Shown here: positions 9,126 through 21,452 of the stretch, one piece after another
Layout of the letters: each line of letters starts with the position of its first letter
Position numbering within the stretch: the first letter of the stretch is position 1
Source: Cyanophyceae cyanobacterium
Lineage (GTDB): Bacteria > Cyanobacteriota > Cyanobacteriia > Cyanobacteriales > JBHJGN01
NCBI GenBank assembly: GCA_050331735.1
Contig: JBHJGN010000044.1
Coordinates: 40,999-104,998 of the forward strand
Length of the DNA: 64,000 nucleotides
Direction: 5' to 3'
The notes under the pieces: model-generated
Database searches by the model: none
What the model was told of the DNA's origin: nothing
What the model saw: the letters and a program-made list of their open reading frames with translations, nothing else
Translations under genes and position numbers: made by a program

Positions 9126-10043
9126 TTAGTTAAGGCAGTATTGCTTATAAACGACTCTTGCTGCCCGATGCAGTAGTGAATGCCGATAGACTAGAGCCTG
9201 GAAGTCTTTAGCATAACCGCCACCAATCACGCTGGCCACTGGATAGCCAGCAGCCAAACAGGTACTTAAAACCTGCATCTCACGACGGTAGATCCCCGTA
9301 TCGGTGAGCGCTAGTTTGCCGAGGCGATCGCCAACATGAGTATCAACACCAGCGTCGTAGAGAACTAAATCCGGTTTAACCTGCACGAGCAGATCGCCCA
9401 GGTACTCAGCCAAAATCTGCAAATAGCCATCGTCATCCAGTCCGACTGGCAGCGGCACATCCAGATCACTCGTCTGTTTCTTCCCGGGGAAATTCGCCTC
9501 GCAGTGCATTGAGAAGGTAAATACGCTCTTGTCGTCTTGAAAAATCCAGGCAGTGCCGTCACCTTGATGAACGTCTAAATCCACAATCAGGATTTTTTGC
9601 ACCCAGCCCAGTTTTTGAAGAACGCGGGCGGCGATCGCCAAATCGTTGAAAATGCAAAACCCCGATCCAAAGCTAGGAAAAGCATGGTGGGTTCCTCCTG
9701 CCGTATTGCAGGCACACCCATGCCGCAGCGCTAGCTGACTAGCGAGAATCGTTCCTCCCACAGCCGTACAGGTACGAGTCACCAGTTCCCGACTCCAGGG
9801 TAACCCAATGCGCCGTTGTGCTTTCGGGTCGAGGGTGCCTTCGCAGTAAGCCTGAACGTACTCTGAGGTGTGAACGAGTTCAATCATTTCTCTAGAGGGT
9901 TTTTCAGGAACGTGAATTTGTGGCGGCTCAATCACACCGTCTCTCAGCAGCAAGTCCCGCAGATGTTTAAACTTAGGCATGGGAAAACGATGACCTTCCG
10001 GCAGAGGGACAACGTAATCTGGGTGGTAAATAATCGGTAACAT
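9126..10043 (-). CDS. Histone deacetylase family protein
   Basis: HRFPMPKF, AGGTHHA, GFCIFNDLA, DLDVHQGDGT, GGGY motifs. Confidence 0.92.
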   Translation of the reverse strand: MLPIIYHPDYVVPLPEGHRFPMPKFKHLRDLLLRDGVIEPPQIHVPEKPSREMIELVHTSEYVQAYCEGTLDPKAQRRIGLPWSRELVTRTCTAVGGTILASQLALRHGCACNTAGGTHHAFPSFGSGFCIFNDLAIAARVLQKLGWVQKILIVDLDVHQGDGTAWIFQDDKSVFTFSMHCEANFPGKKQTSDLDVPLPVGLDDDGYLQILAEYLGDLLVQVKPDLVLYDAGVDTHVGDRLGKLALTDTGIYRREMQVLSTCLAAGYPVASVIGGGYAKDFQALVYRHSLLHRAARVVYKQYCLN

Positions 10044-10157
10044 CTACAAGCTTTGCTGATCAGATAGTCAACTTCTGCACAGGAGCACAATGGAGCCATC
10101 GGAAGCTCAGTAGATTGTGCTTAATGCTTTAGAAACAGTCGTAGACTAGGGATGTGT

Positions 10158-10194
10158 TCCTTTCCCCCTTCCCCTTTCCCCGTCGCGGAGAGAC

Positions 10195-10195
<1 letters not shown>
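10158..10195. repeat. REP/MITE-like element, partial copy (one arm plus TTCCCC repeats)
   Basis: CCCCGTCGCGGAGAGACT abuts the serS stop; the same arm occurs at about 41733 and 57935. Confidence 0.7.
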
Positions 10196-12831
<2,636 letters not shown>

Positions 12832-12960
12832 GCATCAACCGAAATTAGCCTCATACAAGACAAAGTAAAAGGGCGATTTCACTGCTTCGCTTCATAAACT
12901 AAGATTCACTATAAATTTTACTCGTAAAAACAAACGCTCTGCGTCAATCGCTAATCCCTG

Positions 12961-13428
12961 CTAGGGTTTACCAACGTTGGGGGAACAATTTAGCTGCTGA
13001 AATTCGCGCTCTAGTAAAGTCACTAAACTATTTTTTTGATTTCTTTTAGCTACCTGTAAACGACGTTCTAAGTTACGTCGAATGGTATCTAAGTGAATTT
13101 GAGCTAGCTCAACGCAGCACTCGGAGCGCCAGTTGTTTCGCGGAGGTTGCCTCTGCGAAAGTTTGGCACAACGATTGCCAAGTGACCGTTGAGTAACTTG
13201 TGAACTCTCTTGCCCTCCTAATACTGGACAGAGTTCCTGCCCAAAGGCACACTCTTTTCGCGTTGATGAGCGGAGGACTCGGTTTTGCCGATGAGACCGA
13301 GGCAAACTGTAGGGAGTATGTCTAGGATATTGATAGGTTCGATCTCCTAGACGAGAGCCAATATCAACTTCGCTCTCAATTCCGAGGTTGAGTGGTTCGG
13401 TGTTGTAGATGCTGTAGTTGGTCTTCAT
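12961..13428 (-). CDS. Degenerate DUF4278-type protein with a PirA-like C-terminal helix
   Basis: YQYPRH motif near the N-terminus; C-terminal HLDTIRRNLERRLQVAK...LVTLLERE resembles PirA (Ssr0692). Confidence 0.6.
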   Translation of the reverse strand: MKTNYSIYNTEPLNLGIESEVDIGSRLGDRTYQYPRHTPYSLPRSHRQNRVLRSSTRKECAFGQELCPVLGGQESSQVTQRSLGNRCAKLSQRQPPRNNWRSECCVELAQIHLDTIRRNLERRLQVAKRNQKNSLVTLLEREFQQLNCSPNVGKP

Positions 13429-13437
13429 GAATAGTGG

Positions 13438-13620
13438 CTAGCGAGTATAGTGAATACCCCGGTAGGTTAGCTCAACAGGCTGATGGCGATGCTGCTGTCG
13501 TTTGACTACCCGATGAACTCTCCAAGGAGAACCGCGATAAATACCGCCAACTTCACCTTCTATTACTTTAATGTCAGCGGGGTGGTAATTATATTCAGCA
13601 CCATGAAATGACAGTTTCAT
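13438..13620 (-). CDS. DUF4278 domain protein
   Basis: MKLSFHGAEY...GEVGGIYRGSPW...LTYRGIHY; GGAG ribosome-binding site. Confidence 0.85.
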   Translation of the reverse strand: MKLSFHGAEYNYHPADIKVIEGEVGGIYRGSPWRVHRVVKRQQHRHQPVELTYRGIHYTR

Positions 13621-13713
13621 CTTTAGTCTCCAATCTCAAGTGGGTTTGTCGTTTGAATGGGTATTTACTGTTTTTGTATCAGCAGACCCGATAACATATA
13701 TTTTTTTATATTC

Positions 13714-13729
13714 TGTATCAATTGTAACA
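13714..13729. promoter_or_regulatory. Putative NtcA-binding site
   Basis: TGTATCAATTGTAACA = TGT-N10-ACA, one mismatch from TGTA-N8-TACA, 94 nt upstream of the DUF4278 gene. Confidence 0.5.
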
Positions 13730-13918
13730 GTTTTTTGGGTGACGACAACCTTAAAACTTGATTAAGTCTATCTATTGAAAGCAGCCAGCAGGATGATGGG
13801 GAACCGCGAGAAAGTGACCTAATTAAGCTAAAAGTTGGTGGTGATCGCCCCATGACCGTCAAAACACCAAAGAGGCCCCGACCGCTTACCGCCAACATAT
13901 TACTAAGAGGAGACATTG

Positions 13919-14305
13919 ATGACAGTGAAGTATACCTATACTCGGCTTCAGGTCAATAACTATCAAGCCTGCAAAGAGTTCTATCGAGATGTAATGGGGT
14001 TTGCCGTCACCTTTGAAGGCGATCGCTACGCAGAACTAGAGACTGGACAAACGAAAATTACGCTGCTAGACCGAAAAAAATTGTCAGCAATTGTTGGGAG
14101 CGATGTCGCCGCCTATGCAGACCAAGATGATCGTATCGCCCTGAGCTTTGACGTAACCAACCTAGATGAAACCTGCCAGCAGCTCAAAGCGAAAGGCGTA
14201 GAGTTCATTAATAATCCCTGGAGTTTTCCTGACTGGGGATACAAATCTACCTTTTTCCGCGATCCAGACCGAAACCTCATTGAGCTGACTCAGATGTTGA
14301 CCTAG
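13919..14305 (+). CDS. VOC/glyoxalase family protein
   Basis: FYRDVMGF, LKAKGVEF...PDWGYKSTFFRDPDRNLIEL. Confidence 0.88.
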   Translation: MTVKYTYTRLQVNNYQACKEFYRDVMGFAVTFEGDRYAELETGQTKITLLDRKKLSAIVGSDVAAYADQDDRIALSFDVTNLDETCQQLKAKGVEFINNPWSFPDWGYKSTFFRDPDRNLIELTQMLT

Positions 14306-14520
14306 GTAACAGAACATTGGTGAGCAATCCATGAGGATAAGGTCGAACATTACGGGCAAGATATGACAGACAATCAGCGACGGGAAAGTTAAACTGTGAC
14401 TGAAAAAATATTGCCGGAGACATTCTCTTTCAGCAATGATGCTCTCCTAACTTCGCTGAAGAAGTTATCGAGCTGTCGTAATGGCAATCAGCAAAACTTT
14501 TGAAGATTAAGAGCGCGAGC

Positions 14521-15696
14521 ATGCCTATTTCGTCTACTAACCCTCATCGCGTTGCCCTCTTTCGCCAGAACCTCATGGGCGGTGGAGCAGAAAAAGTAAT
14601 TGTGACCCTGGCTCGCCATTTTGCCAAGGATGGTTTTGAGGTTGATCTGGTATTGAGTCGAGCCGAAGGCCCTTTATTAGAGACTGTGCCTCCACAAGTC
14701 AGAATTGTAGACCTGAAGGCTGCTCAAATCGCTCAAAAACGAGCCTTAAAGCTACCCACTAGCTTTCAATCAACCAGCAGCCTTCCTAAGCTGGTGCGCT
14801 ATCTCCAAAAAGAACGACCGACAGCCCTGCTATCGGCTAGTCATTACTCTAATGAAGTGGCTATTCTGGCGAAACAGCTAGCCGGTATTCCGACTCGTGT
14901 TGTGGTCTCTGAACATATTGCTCTTTCAATACAGGCCAAGGGAGTCGAGCAAGTTTCCTCCCGGTTTGCCCCGCTGGCTGCTCGGCTACTCTATTCTCGG
15001 GCAGACGGCATTGTGGCTGTTTCTCAAGGAGTCGCCAAAGATTTGGCTCAGGTGGCCCATTTGAATACCAACCGCATTCAGGTAATTTATAACCCTGTGA
15101 TTACTTCAGAGCTAGCGGAAAAAGCGAAACAGCCTGTAGAACATCCTTGGTTTGCGCCTGACAATCCCCCAGTTGTTTTGGGCGTGGGAAGACTAGTAAA
15201 GCAGAAAGATTTTTCTAACCTCATTAGAGCGTTTGCTCAAGTACGGCAGTTCCGTGAGGCTCGACTCGTTATTTTGGGAAGCGGGCGAGAGCAAAATCGT
15301 CTCAAGGCCTTGGTCAAAGAGCTGAATTTGGAAGATGAGGTTGCTTTGCTAGGCTTTGTTAAAAATCCTTATGCCTATATGGCTCGCGCTGGCGTTTTCG
15401 TGTTGTCTTCAGGCTGGGAAGGCTTACCCACCGTTCTAATCGAAGCCATGGCTGTCGGAACCCCGGTCGTGTCTACTAATTGTCCCAGCGGACCGGAGGA
15501 AATTCTCAATAACGGACAGTACGGTGAGTTAGTGCCAATAGCGAACAGTCGAGCCCTTGCTGAAGCCATTGTGCAGGTTTTGTCAGGAAAGACAAAGAGT
15601 GTTGACGTCGCTTGGCTTGAGCAGTTTACGCTTGAAACAGCGCTCCAGAAATACCAGCAGGTTTTAAACCTATCGCTTTCTGAATGCGTAAACTAG
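14521..15696 (+). CDS. Glycosyltransferase family 4
   Basis: GGAEKV, GVGRLVKQKDF, SSGWEGLPTVLIEAMAVG. Confidence 0.92.
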   Translation: MPISSTNPHRVALFRQNLMGGGAEKVIVTLARHFAKDGFEVDLVLSRAEGPLLETVPPQVRIVDLKAAQIAQKRALKLPTSFQSTSSLPKLVRYLQKERPTALLSASHYSNEVAILAKQLAGIPTRVVVSEHIALSIQAKGVEQVSSRFAPLAARLLYSRADGIVAVSQGVAKDLAQVAHLNTNRIQVIYNPVITSELAEKAKQPVEHPWFAPDNPPVVLGVGRLVKQKDFSNLIRAFAQVRQFREARLVILGSGREQNRLKALVKELNLEDEVALLGFVKNPYAYMARAGVFVLSSGWEGLPTVLIEAMAVGTPVVSTNCPSGPEEILNNGQYGELVPIANSRALAEAIVQVLSGKTKSVDVAWLEQFTLETALQKYQQVLNLSLSECVN

Positions 15697-15831
15697 AACA
15701 ACACTTCTATCGGTTTGGTGCCCAGATGGCTTTTAATCTCCACAGTTTTGCTGGTGGCAAAATTAATGTTAACGTCACAAAAGTTTTCTGCCAGCCGAGT
15801 GACAAGCTGATTCTCTGTGGATAACTAATTT

Positions 15832-16932
15832 ATGACTTCACCCCGCATTGCCTTTTACCTCCGCGCTCTTCTCCAAACGGGAATTGAGAGAAATCAGCTC
15901 AACCTAGCTCAAAGCTTGGTCCAGAATGGCATCGCAGTTGATTTCGTTCTCAATACTCTTGCCGACAAAGCTCGCCATCGTTTTCCTTCTGGAGTACGCA
16001 TTGTCGATCTCAAAGCGCCTAGGTTACCAGCGGGTCTTCCCTTGCTGGTGCGTTATCTGCGCCAAGAACAACCGCTAGCGATGATTTCAGCTCAGCATTT
16101 AACCAACGAAGCCGCCGTTCTGGCACATCGTTTAGCCGGAGTCTCGACAAAATTGATTGTGTCGGAACATAATCATGTTTCGGCGGAATGGCGCGGTAAA
16201 CAGAAACTGACAGAGCGGTTGACTCCCTTGTTTGTGCGGATACTATACCCGTGGGCAGATGGCATTGTGGCGGTTTCTCAAGGTGTGGCTCAAGATTTAG
16301 CAGCAGTGACTCGCCTACCGAGGCAGTCTATTGAGGTTATTTACAATTCTGTCGTCACTCCCAAGGTCTTTGAACAGGCCAAAGAGCCCGTCGAACATAC
16401 CTGGTTCGGCGCAGGAGAGCCGCCAGTGATTTTAGGAGTCGGTAGACTACACCCACAGAAAGATTTTCCCACGTTAATCCGCGCTTTTGCTCGAGTGCGA
16501 CGCGAACAACCAGCTCGATTAGTCATTCTCGGCGGAGGACCAGAACGGCAAAGATTGCAGGCGTTAGTGCGCGAGTTAGCTCTAGAAGAGGATGTCGCTC
16601 TGCTGGGTTTTGTTCCTAATCCGTTTGCTTATATGGCTCGTGCTGCCGTATTTGTTTTATCTTCTGCGTGGGAGGGATTTGGTAATGTGATTGCCGAAGC
16701 GATGGCGGTAGGAACTCCAGTCGTTTCAACCGACTGCCCTTCGGGTCCGGCTGAGATTCTCGACAATGGTCAGTACGGACATTTAGTGCCTGTGGGGAAT
16801 AGCGAGGCTCTTTCTCAAGCCGTGTTGGCGGTATTAGCTGGCGACTACAAAACGGTTCCTCCTGGTTGGCTAGACCAGTTTACCCCGGAAGTTGTTGTCC
16901 AAAAATATCAACAGCTTCTCGGTCTTGCTTAA
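15832..16932 (+). CDS. Glycosyltransferase family 4 (tandem paralog)
   Basis: GVGRLHPQKDF, SSAWEGFGNVIAEAMAVG. Confidence 0.92.
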   Translation: MTSPRIAFYLRALLQTGIERNQLNLAQSLVQNGIAVDFVLNTLADKARHRFPSGVRIVDLKAPRLPAGLPLLVRYLRQEQPLAMISAQHLTNEAAVLAHRLAGVSTKLIVSEHNHVSAEWRGKQKLTERLTPLFVRILYPWADGIVAVSQGVAQDLAAVTRLPRQSIEVIYNSVVTPKVFEQAKEPVEHTWFGAGEPPVILGVGRLHPQKDFPTLIRAFARVRREQPARLVILGGGPERQRLQALVRELALEEDVALLGFVPNPFAYMARAAVFVLSSAWEGFGNVIAEAMAVGTPVVSTDCPSGPAEILDNGQYGHLVPVGNSEALSQAVLAVLAGDYKTVPPGWLDQFTPEVVVQKYQQLLGLA

Positions 16933-17059
16933 CAAAATTAATTGTGCCGGTTCACTCTGTTGAGAAGTTAAACCCACTCATCTCCAGCAACGAACAAAAA
17001 TAGCTTAATTTGGGTATCAAGGAACAACAAATCAGTTTGAGCACTCCAGGAATCAGGAC

Positions 17060-17872
17060 ATGCTAAACAATCACCATACATCTCAAAGCCTGAATATAGA
17101 GACGGATTTAGCGCTGCTGTTGACGGCAAGCATCGATATTAAGGGCATGCCGAGGGCGACTCCTACCGTTCCTGAACAACGGCAGGAAGATTACTTCAAC
17201 GCGTTATCCTACTACGTCAACAATCATCCCCAAGTTCGCAAGATTATCTTTGTGGAAAACTCCGGTTGGAATCTAGACCGAGTGAAGGAGGCCACTCGAG
17301 AAAATCCTCACAATAAGGAAGTCGACTTTGTTTCGCTAGACTGCAACGACTTTCCCCGCGAGTACGGCAAAGGCTATGGAGAATGTTTACTGATCGATAA
17401 AGGTATTGCTGCCTCTGAACTAGCGCAAAGCGTGAACTACATTGCTAAAATTACGGGGCGCATTTATTTACTGAACCTGACGCAGCTCCTGCGCAGCGTC
17501 AGAGACCCCTACGATTGTTACTGTGACTATAAAGACCACGGCTGGCGCATCCGAAGACTATGGGGAGAAACGGGCGTTGGCCCCCACTGCGATACGCGCT
17601 TTTTAGTATTTAGTCTTGACTTTTACCGTCAACATCTGCAAAAGCTTCATCGACAGCATCCAGGAGGAGGTTTTTGTATAGAAGCCGAGGTTTACAACGC
17701 GATGAAGGAAGCCGAGGCCCAAGAAAAAATTATTTCTCGTTTTCCTCTCGAACCAGACTATCGCGGCGTTGCGGGTCATTTTCAGGGCAAAGACTACGAC
17801 AGTCCGAAAGAACGAGCGAAATTTGTTGTGCGCTCCTGGTCTCGCCGCGTCGTTCCTTGGGCACATCTTTAA
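17060..17872 (+). CDS. Hypothetical protein of a polysaccharide locus (possible GT-A-like enzyme)
   Basis: LLLTASID, IIFVENSG, GKGYGE, KITGR motifs; co-oriented with two GT4 genes. Confidence 0.65.
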   Translation: MLNNHHTSQSLNIETDLALLLTASIDIKGMPRATPTVPEQRQEDYFNALSYYVNNHPQVRKIIFVENSGWNLDRVKEATRENPHNKEVDFVSLDCNDFPREYGKGYGECLLIDKGIAASELAQSVNYIAKITGRIYLLNLTQLLRSVRDPYDCYCDYKDHGWRIRRLWGETGVGPHCDTRFLVFSLDFYRQHLQKLHRQHPGGGFCIEAEVYNAMKEAEAQEKIISRFPLEPDYRGVAGHFQGKDYDSPKERAKFVVRSWSRRVVPWAHL

Positions 17873-18037
17873 CAGTGACTAGTTATTGATGGATCGTGCT
17901 GAGTGTTCAGTGATCATGCTTAGTTGGTGACCAGTTACCAGTCTAGTTAATTAACCGACAGGTTGCTCTGGTCACTGGTCACTGTTGAATGTGGTAGGCT
18001 ATCTTCTCAAGGAACGAGTGAGGGAGAAAGAGTGGTA

Positions 18038-19099
18038 ATGCGGGTTGGTTTGCTGTTTGGCGGTTGTTCAGGGGAACATGAAGTTTCGCTGAGCTCGGCA
18101 CGGGCGATCGCCGATGCTTTAGAGTCAGAGGAGAATCGAGCAAATTATGCAGTTCTGCCTGTCTATATTCAGAAGAACGGGGTTTGGCAAACTGGGGAAG
18201 TGGCCCAGCAGGTTTTAGAATCCGCTCAGGCTCTCAAACCGGGTGCTGAACGCTCCCGTGGCTTTTCGCAGTTGAGCTTAGCTCAGCAGCAAAGCCTGTC
18301 GGAAATCGAAGTCTGGTTTCCGGTCCTTCACGGACCTAATGGCGAGGATGGAACGGTTCAGGGAATGCTAAAGCTAATGCAGATTCCCTTTGTTGGCTCG
18401 GGCGTGTTAGGCTCTGCCCTAGGGATGGATAAGATTGCCATGAAGATGGCTTTTGCTCAGGCCGGACTGCCGCAGGTCCAATACGCAATCGTTCATCGCT
18501 CTCAGGTCTGGTCGAGTCCGTGCGAATTTCCTAAACTCTGCGATCGCCTCGAAGAATTAGGCTATCCTTGCTTTGTTAAACCGGCCAATTTAGGATCGTC
18601 GGTGGGCATTGCTAAAGTGCGCAACCGCCGCGAACTCGAAGCCGCTCTCGACAACGTAGCCAGTTACGACCGCCGTATCATTGTTGAAGCGGGAGTCGAG
18701 GCGCGAGAAGTCGAATGTGCTGTGCTGGGCAACGAGCGGCCAGAAACGTCTGTCGTCGGAGAAATCACCTACAGCAGCGATTTCTACGACTACGAAACCA
18801 AATATACCCCAGGACAAGCACAGCTTCATATTCCGGCGGAGCTTCCCGATGCCGTTGCTGCTCGAATTCAGTTGATGTCTCTTGAGGCTTTTGCAGCGAT
18901 TGATGCAGCGGGGTTGGCACGGGTAGATTTCTTTTACGTAGAAGCCACCGGAGACGTATTAATCAACGAAATCAATACGTTTCCTGGTTTTACCGCTACC
19001 AGCATGTATCCGCGGCTTTGGAAAGCGAAGGGCGTATCCTTTCCCCAGTTAGTCGATCGGCTTGTGCAGCTAGCCTTGGAGCGTCATCAGGAAGGTTGA
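18038..19099 (+). CDS. ddl: D-alanine--D-alanine ligase
   Basis: [48 protein letters not shown]. Confidence 0.96.
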   Translation: MRVGLLFGGCSGEHEVSLSSARAIADALESEENRANYAVLPVYIQKNGVWQTGEVAQQVLESAQALKPGAERSRGFSQLSLAQQQSLSEIEVWFPVLHGPNGEDGTVQGMLKLMQIPFVGSGVLGSALGMDKIAMKMAFAQAGLPQVQYAIVHRSQVWSSPCEFPKLCDRLEELGYPCFVKPANLGSSVGIAKVRNRRELEAALDNVASYDRRIIVEAGVEAREVECAVLGNERPETSVVGEITYSSDFYDYETKYTPGQAQLHIPAELPDAVAARIQLMSLEAFAAIDAAGLARVDFFYVEATGDVLINEINTFPGFTATSMYPRLWKAKGVSFPQLVDRLVQLALERHQEG

Positions 19100-19215
19100 T
19101 TGTGACTCGACTGCCACTACGTCCGTGGCTCCTGCAAGCGCTGCGATCGCCGATAAAGTGGAAGAGAATTTGAGGTAATCTTTACTGTGGTAAACGCCAA
19201 CAACATAAGGAGACA

Positions 19216-19668
19216 ATGGTGGAACGAACATTTATCATGATCAAGCCCGATGGTGTCCAGCGAAGATTAGTGGGCGAAGTGATTCAACGACTCGAAGCTA
19301 AGGGGTTTACGCTGGTAGGACTCAAGCTGATGCAGGTTTCTCGAGAACTGGCCGAGAAACACTACGACGTTCATAAAGATAAACCCTTCTTTTCTGGGCT
19401 GGTCGAATTTATTATTTCTGCGCCCGTTGTCGCTACGGTGTGGGAAGGAGAAGGAGTGATTGCAGCCGCTCGAAAAATTATTGGCGCGACTAATCCCCTT
19501 AATGCTGAACCCGGAACAATCAGGGGCGATTACGGAGTCAGCATCGGGCGGAATCTCATTCACGGCTCTGATGCTCCTGAAACAGCACAGCAAGAAATTG
19601 GACTCTGGTTTCAAGAAGAAGAATTAGTTAGTTGGGAGCCAACGCTGAAGTCCTGGCTGTACGAGTAA
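19216..19668 (+). CDS. ndk: Nucleoside diphosphate kinase
   Basis: [27 protein letters not shown]. Confidence 0.98.
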   Translation: MVERTFIMIKPDGVQRRLVGEVIQRLEAKGFTLVGLKLMQVSRELAEKHYDVHKDKPFFSGLVEFIISAPVVATVWEGEGVIAAARKIIGATNPLNAEPGTIRGDYGVSIGRNLIHGSDAPETAQQEIGLWFQEEELVSWEPTLKSWLYE

Positions 19669-19677
19669 CACAGAACA

Positions 19678-19718
19678 GTAACCAGCGACTCAATAAACTA
19701 GACTTGAGCGCTGGTTGC
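19678..19718. terminator. Hairpin between convergent ndk and terC
   Basis: GTAACCAGCG-ACTCAA...TTGAG-CGCTGGTTGC imperfect inverted repeat. Confidence 0.45.
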
Positions 19719-19763
19719 TAACTCAGCCCCCATTAGTGCCTGACAACTAGTCACTGGTCGCTG

Positions 19764-20459
19764 TTATCCCTCCTCTTCTTCTAGCGGCTTCGGCGTACGT
19801 TCAGAAAATCCCCAAATGAAGATGGCAACAATGGTGGCAGTCATAAACCATTCGGGTAGGTTCCATTCCGGGTTAACAACTCTGAATAACAAGCGGATGC
19901 CTACTAGACCAACGGTAATAAAGCCGGCATCTTCTAGGTGAGTATATTCTTTGAGTAAGCGAATGAATAACCCGGCTAAAAATCTGAGCGTAATCACCCC
20001 AACGGTTCCCCCTACGATAATCAGCCAGGTTTCATCAGCAACGGCAATCGCGGCTGTGACGCTGTCTAAGGAAAAGGCAAAATCGGTCAGGGCAATCATC
20101 GGAATAGCTTGCCATACCGAGGCAAAGGCAAGGCCGTGATGAACCTGCTTTTTTTCTTCTGGAGAGGCAAAGTAGTTAAATACTAACCACAGAAGATAGG
20201 CGGCTCCAATGAGCTCAAACTGCCAAAACTGAATCACCCAGGTAGCCGTCACGATCAGAGTAATCCGCAAGATGTAGGCAAATAAAAGGCCGAGATTGAG
20301 GGCGCGGCGCTGAAGTTTAGCGCTTTCTAATCCTTGAGCAATAGCGGCTAGGGCGATCGCATTGTCTGCTGACAATACTGCTTCTAATGCCACCAAAATT
20401 AATAATACTCCCAAAGCTTCGGCACTAACGTTGACAGACAAATCAAGATGGTCTAGCAT
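19764..20459 (-). CDS. TerC family membrane protein
   Basis: LEAVLSADNA, DFAFSLDSVTAA. Confidence 0.9.
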   Translation of the reverse strand: MLDHLDLSVNVSAEALGVLLILVALEAVLSADNAIALAAIAQGLESAKLQRRALNLGLLFAYILRITLIVTATWVIQFWQFELIGAAYLLWLVFNYFASPEEKKQVHHGLAFASVWQAIPMIALTDFAFSLDSVTAAIAVADETWLIIVGGTVGVITLRFLAGLFIRLLKEYTHLEDAGFITVGLVGIRLLFRVVNPEWNLPEWFMTATIVAIFIWGFSERTPKPLEEEEG

Positions 20460-20709
20460 TTATCGCGATTCAGAGCTGATACAGAGCGGATGGCAAGATT
20501 TTCCGCTCATCAATGTTTTCATATTCCAGCTTAGCGTTTAGTTGGGGTCGAAAGAACTGTTTTTTGTGTCCTGCTTCGCCTATAAAGGCTTGACGAGAAG
20601 AAATCAGGAGTTTGAATATGTTGCAACTTGTAACAAGAGGCTTCGCAAACGGTCAGACATAGCGCAAGCTTAAAAATAATTGATATTTAACTTGGAGGAA
20701 ACTGTATTT

Positions 20710-20808
20710 ATGGAACTATCTAATACTCAAGTGTTGGTTGCTTTAGTAGTTGCCTTGATTCCCGGCATTTTAGCATTCCGGCTAGCGACGGAACTTTATA
20801 AGTCCTAA
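20710..20808 (+). CDS. psaM: Photosystem I reaction center subunit XII (PsaM); absent from the ORF track
   Basis: Hand translation MELSNTQVLVALVVALIPGILAFRLATELYKS; GGAGG upstream. Confidence 0.95.
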   Translation: MELSNTQVLVALVVALIPGILAFRLATELYKS

Positions 20809-20906
20809 TCAATTGGTCTGGCTACTTGCACATTCTGCTTTTTTGTGTTTAGAAAGAAGGCAACGCAAGAACATCGGGGCGTATCGTAATATGCCCCCTC
20901 TTGAGC

Positions 20907-21281
20907 ATGACAGAAACCATGAATCAACCATCCTCCCGCCTTTCTAGACAGCGACATGGCTCTCGGCAGCCAGAGTCCTACCGCGCAGTTGCTGTTGAAA
21001 CAACGATCAAGATTTGTATTAATGGAGTGCTCTCAGCGGCAGCAATCTCCGCTCTCATGAAGCTATTGCCGTATCATCAAACTCAACAGGCCAAGCTCCA
21101 GGAAATCCACGGCGAACTAGACCAGGTTGAACAACGAGTCGATGCGCTCCGAAATAACTTTGGTCGTAATTTTGATCCTCACCAAACGAAGACGGTGATG
21201 AAAGAATACAGTCCGAGGATCGATCCCAACCAGCATCGAGTTTTTTTATTAGAAGAAACCCCAGAGGCACAGAGTGATTAA
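20907..21281 (+). CDS. Slr1601-like putative cell-division/coiled-coil protein
   Basis: Hydrophobic helix, LLPYH..QQAKLQEI coiled coil and RNFDP motif; position next to psaM fits my recollection of this family. Confidence 0.65.
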   Translation: MTETMNQPSSRLSRQRHGSRQPESYRAVAVETTIKICINGVLSAAAISALMKLLPYHQTQQAKLQEIHGELDQVEQRVDALRNNFGRNFDPHQTKTVMKEYSPRIDPNQHRVFLLEETPEAQSD

Positions 21282-21452
21282 CGGGGAAAAGGAGAAGGGG
21301 GCAAGAGGAAAGGGCACAAGCGCTCTTCGTTGAGCTGAAATTCTTAAATCGGCCTGAAGTATAGGGACACGGTCGCTAGGGAGTCCACCGCTTCACTTTT
21401 TTCCCCTGCGCCGATTCGTCAGACAGTTAAGAAGATTGGGCAGAGAACGTGA

